From NCBI RefSeq assembly GCF_001194135.2, contig NC_068992.1, forward strand, positions 18,037,260 through 18,090,829: DNA of 53,570 nt, read 5' to 3'. The notes beneath the pieces are model-generated. The model ran no database searches, was not told the origin of the DNA, and was given only the letters and a program-made list of their open reading frames with translations. This stretch comes from Octopus bimaculoides. Taxonomy: Eukaryota. Positions 49,043 through 53,570 of the stretch are shown piece by piece; within the stretch, counting starts at the first letter, position 1, and each line of letters begins with the position of its first letter. The position numbers and the translations under genes are program-made.

Positions 49043-49559
49043 TGTGACTGAATGTATGTATGTATGTATGTATGTATGTATATATATATATANNNNNNNN
49101 NNNNNNNNNNNNNNNNNNNNNNNNNNNNNNNNNNNNNNNNNNNNNNNNNNNNNNNNNNNNNNNNNNNNNNNNNNNNNNNNNNNNNNNNNNNNNNNNNNNN
49201 NNNNNNNNNNNNNNNNNNNNNNNNNNNNNNNNNNNNNNNNNNATATAATAATATTAGGGACAAAATCCAAAATTACAGGTAAAATCTCAATTAAAATCAA
49301 TTTATAAAAAATTAAAATTAAATTGAGCTTTATAGATAAAATATATATAAAATAGTTATGAAACACGTGTAATCTCTTTATTATATTTATCTTATGATAT
49401 TTACTTTACTTTATATTATACTCATTTATTGTGCTTTTAATTATTAATTTTTCTATATGTGATAGTGGATTTTCATCGATGAGTTCTTGAAACTTGGTTA
49501 TTTTCCCTAAAACTATATATATATATATATATATATATGTTTTTGTGTGTGTGTGTGCG

Positions 49560-50125
49560 TTGATAACACCTAGTAGAAGGTACTTCTTTTCCGCTGACCA
49601 AAGTGAATGGAGATTTGGCATGGAGGAACTGGATGTCATCAGGCAGTAACCGACGATCATTCATCGGGAGTTTCGATCGTGAACCTTTCAGTGGTAGCTC
49701 AACAGAGGTGGCTACAACCGCTGCTCATTTATCCCGTCCTGACTTGCAGCTTAACTCCTCTCCATTGCGCCATAGCCAGAAACGGGCACTTTCTGCCGCC
49801 TCTCCGATCCTGCACACAACCGTCCTTTGCTCCTTTCCTCTCATTCCAATGGCCATAAACATAAACCCATAACAACTAGGCAGGGTGTCCGCAACCACCA
49901 ACCACGACTGGGAAAAGCCATGACTCTCATCTGTACTCCCTGCAATCTTGCAGAAGGCTCTCATACTTGGCATGCTTCAGTTTGTAGGCTTGACTACACT
50001 CTTCTTTCCATAGGACTGTAAGCTCGATCAAGATTATTTTCGTGGCCTTTTCAGATCATAGAACCACATCTGACCTCGGTGTTGTATGGACGACCTGGGG
50101 AGACCTGCAGTCTCTTTCATAGTTA
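49560..50125 (-). mobile_element. HERO-like (RLE-type) LINE 3' fragment with endonuclease domain and 3' UTR
   Basis: TTPRSDVVL*SEKATKIILIELTVLWKEECSQAYKLKHAKY..WLFPVVVGGCG..GEAAESARFWLW follows the RPD..ELTVPWE..K..KY motif set; stop at 49725-49727. Confidence 0.8.
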
Positions 50126-50308
50126 TGACCTATGCATGAAGCTATGAGCCGTTGTTGCTTTCTTGAAGTTGATTCAGTGACCATTTATAGTGTATCGATT
50201 GACTTGAGGGACGCTTCCTTGTTTGTAGCTATACATAGATGTGTAAGCTTGGTTGAGTGTATGTATGCATGTGTGTGCGTATGTGAAAACCGCCATAAAA
50301 ACCGTAGA

Positions 50309-50368
<60 letters not shown>

Positions 50369-50619
50369 GTTTGTATGTGTGTCTGTTTGTGTGTGTATCT
50401 CTCTCTCCCTCTCTCCCTCTCTCTCTATCACTCTACAGGGTGAGCCACATGTCACGTACCAAAACATTTGGCATTTTGTTTNNNNNNNNNNNNNNNNNNN
50501 NNNNNNNNNNNNNNNNNNNNNNNNNNNNNNNNNNNNNNNNNNNNNNNNNNNNNNNNNNNNNNNNNNNNNNNNNNNNNNNNNNNNNNNNNNNNNNNNNNNN
50601 NNNNNNNNNNNNNNNNNNN

Positions 50620-50770
50620 AGGTTCAATTCTCCACGGCTCTATCCATGTGATCTTCCTTTTGGAGAGACCCCCAGTTCCACAACTCTTGACTGTCTTCTT
50701 TCTTACTCCTGGTTTCGTACTTCCGCCTGGACCATGCTCCTCCTCTCCTTCATGACCGCCTTCTGGCATG
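50620..50770 (-). mobile_element. Upstream piece of the same HERO-like LINE family
   Basis: ERRSMVQAEVRNQE*ERRQSRVVELG / LSKRKITWIEPWRIEP matches the RKITWxELWxxEP segment between RT and zinc finger. Confidence 0.7.
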
Positions 50771-51569
50771 TAGGTACGTACGTACGTATGTATGTATGTA
50801 TGTATGTATGTATGTATGTGTCTGTCTGTCTATCTGTTTGTCTATGTATGTATGTATGTATGTATGTATGTATGTATGTATGTATGTATGTATCTATCTA
50901 TCTATCTATCTACATATATGTAAGTATGTGTTTGTGCGTATGGCTGTTTATCTATCTACACACGTCACACACACATACACATGTGTGTGCATGTGTAATG
51001 TACATTTACGTATATATATGTATGCAGAGCGCAACATATATGTAAATACAAACATATAATAAGAGGAGAAAGAGAGAGAGAGGGACACAGCACACGCATA
51101 TCATATATGGTAATGCAAATAAGTGGAGAGATTCTTAGAATAGTTTCCGTTCACTTAATTCTCTGAACCGGATTCGATTCCGATTTAACATGCATTTTAA
51201 ATACAAGACAGTAATAACCGAAATATTGAAGACTCTACACAATGCATAGCTTTATAACTTTTTGCTATTTTACTCTTATTGAAATTCCTTGTCTTTCATA
51301 TTTCTCTCACATATAGGGATAAAATAGAATCGCTTAAATATTGCAGGATCAATATTAATAGTTGCAACTCTTTTCCGAAATCTCTGAGCTTTTAACTAAA
51401 GCTTTGCTGCATTACTCAGGTGTTGTTAATCGGCGTACCGCCAATGCATTTAATCATCCAAAGCAATATTCGAGCCAACCTCTAAATATATGCCTGGATG
51501 TTGTTCACGTTCAAGTGAACCTAGGCCATTGACATATCTGCACTTTTAATCCAAGCGTGCACATGTGAA

Positions 51570-51780
51570 GAATAGTTTGCTCTTTCTAACGACTTTTCAA
51601 CAGCTACTGTTCCACTTCAATGAACTATCCGCAGCTTTTCTAATGTACATACTATGTGCTGTCTTTTGTATCTATGTGGTGTCCACATTCAGTGCCCTAA
51701 CGGAATCTCTGAACTTTTCACTCACACCTCTACATCTGAAGAATGTATTCATTTCGCAACGATCTCACCCGTCTACTAAT
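51570..51780 (-). mobile_element. Possible very old RTE LINE 3' remnant
   Basis: LRNEYI..EKFRDS resembles the RNExI..KLRE region; many stops. Confidence 0.3.
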
Positions 51781-51798
51781 CTCTTCCCATTAATAATA

Positions 51799-51919
51799 TA
51801 CGTAGTCTGATCAATAAATATCCAGACTGTTGCTATAATAACGAAGCTAAAGCACGCAAAATAAAGCTGCGTGGTACAGATTGACCTTGAACTCTACTGC
51901 GCATGTGCATTAAGTTTTA
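51799..51919. mobile_element. Second copy of the mariner-type MITE, opposite orientation, ends in a gap
   Basis: TA+CGTAGTCTGATCAATAAATATCCAGACTGTTGCTATAATAACGAAGCTAAAG; interior matches the reverse complement of 39001-39050. Confidence 0.8.
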
Positions 51920-52618
51920 NNNNNNNNNNNNNNNNNNNNNNNNNNNNNNNNNNNNNNNNNNNNNNNNNNNNNNNNNNNNNNNNNNNNNNNNNNNNNNNNN
52001 NNNNNNNNNNNNNNNNNNNNNNNNNNNNNNNNNNNNNNNNNNNNNNNNNNNNNNNNNNNNNNNNNNNNNNNNNNNNNNNNNNNNNNNNNNNNNNNNNNNN
52101 NNNNNNNNNNNNNNNNNNNNNNNNNNNNNNNNNNNNNNNNNNNNNNNNNNNNNNNNNNNNNNNNNNNNNNNNNNNNNNNNNNNNNNNNNNNNNNNNNNNN
52201 NNNNNNNNNNNNNNNNNNNNNNNNNNNNNNNNNNNNNNNNNNNNNNNNNNNNNNNNNNNNNNNNNNNNNNNNNNNNNNNNNNNNNNNNNNNNNNNNNNNN
52301 NNNNNNNNNNNNNNNNNNNNNNNNNNNNNNNNNNNNNNNNNNNNNNNNNNNNNNNNNNNNNNNNNNNNNNNNNNNNNNNNNNNNNNNNNNNNNNNNNNNN
52401 NNNNNNNNNNNNNNNNNNNNNNNNNNNNNNNNNNNNNNNNNNNNNNNNNNNNNNNNNNNNNNNNNNNNNNNNNNNNNNNNNNNNNNNNNNNNNNNNNNNN
52501 NNNNNNNNNNNNNNNNNNNNNNNNNNNNNNNNNNNNNNNNNNNNNNNNNNNNNNNNNNNNNNNNNNNNNNNNNNNNNNNNNNNNNNNNNNNNNNNNNNNN
52601 NNNNNNNNNNNNNNNNNN

Positions 52619-52665
<47 letters not shown>

Positions 52666-52779
52666 GTTTGTCTGTGTGTCTGTTTGTGTGTGTATCTCTC
52701 TCTCCCTCTCTCTCTATCACTCTACAGGGTGAGCCAAATGTCACGTACCAAAACATTTGGCATTTTGTTTATATTACAT

Positions 52780-52990
52780 TATCGTTTGCACGCCCAAGAA
52801 AATTCTTAGTGGCGTTTCGTCCGTCTTTACGATCTGAGTTCAAAATCCGCCGAGGTTGACTTTGTCTGACATCCTTTCGGGGTCGATAAATTAAGTACCA
52901 GTTGAGTACTAGGGTCGATGCAATCAACCTAACCCCTCGTCCAAAATTTCAGGCCTTGTTCCTATAGTAGAAATTATTATTATTATTATT
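52780..52990 (+). mobile_element. SINE family A with (ATT)n tail
   Basis: GAGTTCAAAATCCGCCGAGGTTGACTTTG..ATCCTTTCGGGGTCGATAAATTAAGTACCAG..CCTATAGTAGAAATTATTATT. Confidence 0.88.
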
Positions 52991-53570
52991 ATCATTAATT
53001 TTATTCATAATATACAGGTGTGTGTGTAATTATTATTACTTAATTTATTTCATTCGATTATAGAATATTAGGAGCATATCTTTCACAGTTCCGGAACGTA
53101 TTGAACTTATTTTGTGCGTGACTTATGGACCCCCTCTGTATCCATGTTTGTATGTATGTTTGAATAATGTATGTTTGTATAATGTTTGAATGCGTGTTTG
53201 TTTCCAAAATAACGGACAGGGATACAGAGAAAGGTAAATACAAAAAAAAAAAAAAAAAAAATTCAACCAATCGTAGGATAGAAAGAACTTGGAGTTAAAG
53301 CGATGGAGATAATATGAAACAATTTGCAGCAGGAAAGAATGAAAGTGTAGAAAGAATCTAGGAAGTTTGTATCAGTCAGCATTTAGATAGATAGAAAGAT
53401 AGTAATAGACAGTTGCGCAGACAAATAGACGAATGAACAGGATGTGAATAGAAAGACTTTTAGAGTAATTCTCATACAAACGTATATACAGTGGAATTGA
53501 TAGGCAGATTGAACAACAGATATGTCCATAGACATACTGATGCTGAACTTGAGTATATATATATATATAT

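Noticed and set aside
1-53570. CRISPR-like arrays, rRNA, prokaryotic operons; X-containing ORFs across N runs
   Set aside because: No regularly spaced repeat-spacer units or rRNA-like sequence; gap-spanning ORFs are artefacts.

Overview
AT-rich, gap-ridden (about two dozen N-runs) eukaryotic scaffold. The SINE families and the microsatellite load suggest a coleoid cephalopod, probably Octopus (inference from recalled repeat sequences, not a database hit). Most of the window is intronic repeat: four tRNA-derived SINE families (working names A-D), decayed mariner, Chapaev-like, Tx1/L1, RTE, R4/Dong-like and HERO-like fragments, two MITE types and many microsatellites. Nearly all supplied six-frame ORFs are microsatellite or gap artefacts. 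The main result is not visible in the ORF track: matching GT-AG splice sites and intron phases by hand on the minus strand gives a 16-exon gene made only of very short exons (16-75 nt) over about 31 kb (36087 to 5299). It encodes a predicted 214-aa protein I cannot assign to a known family, with a helical, possibly four-helix-cytokine-like C-terminal half. The 3' exons are well supported; the 5' exons are tentative. No rRNA, intact tRNA gene or CRISPR array is supportable.
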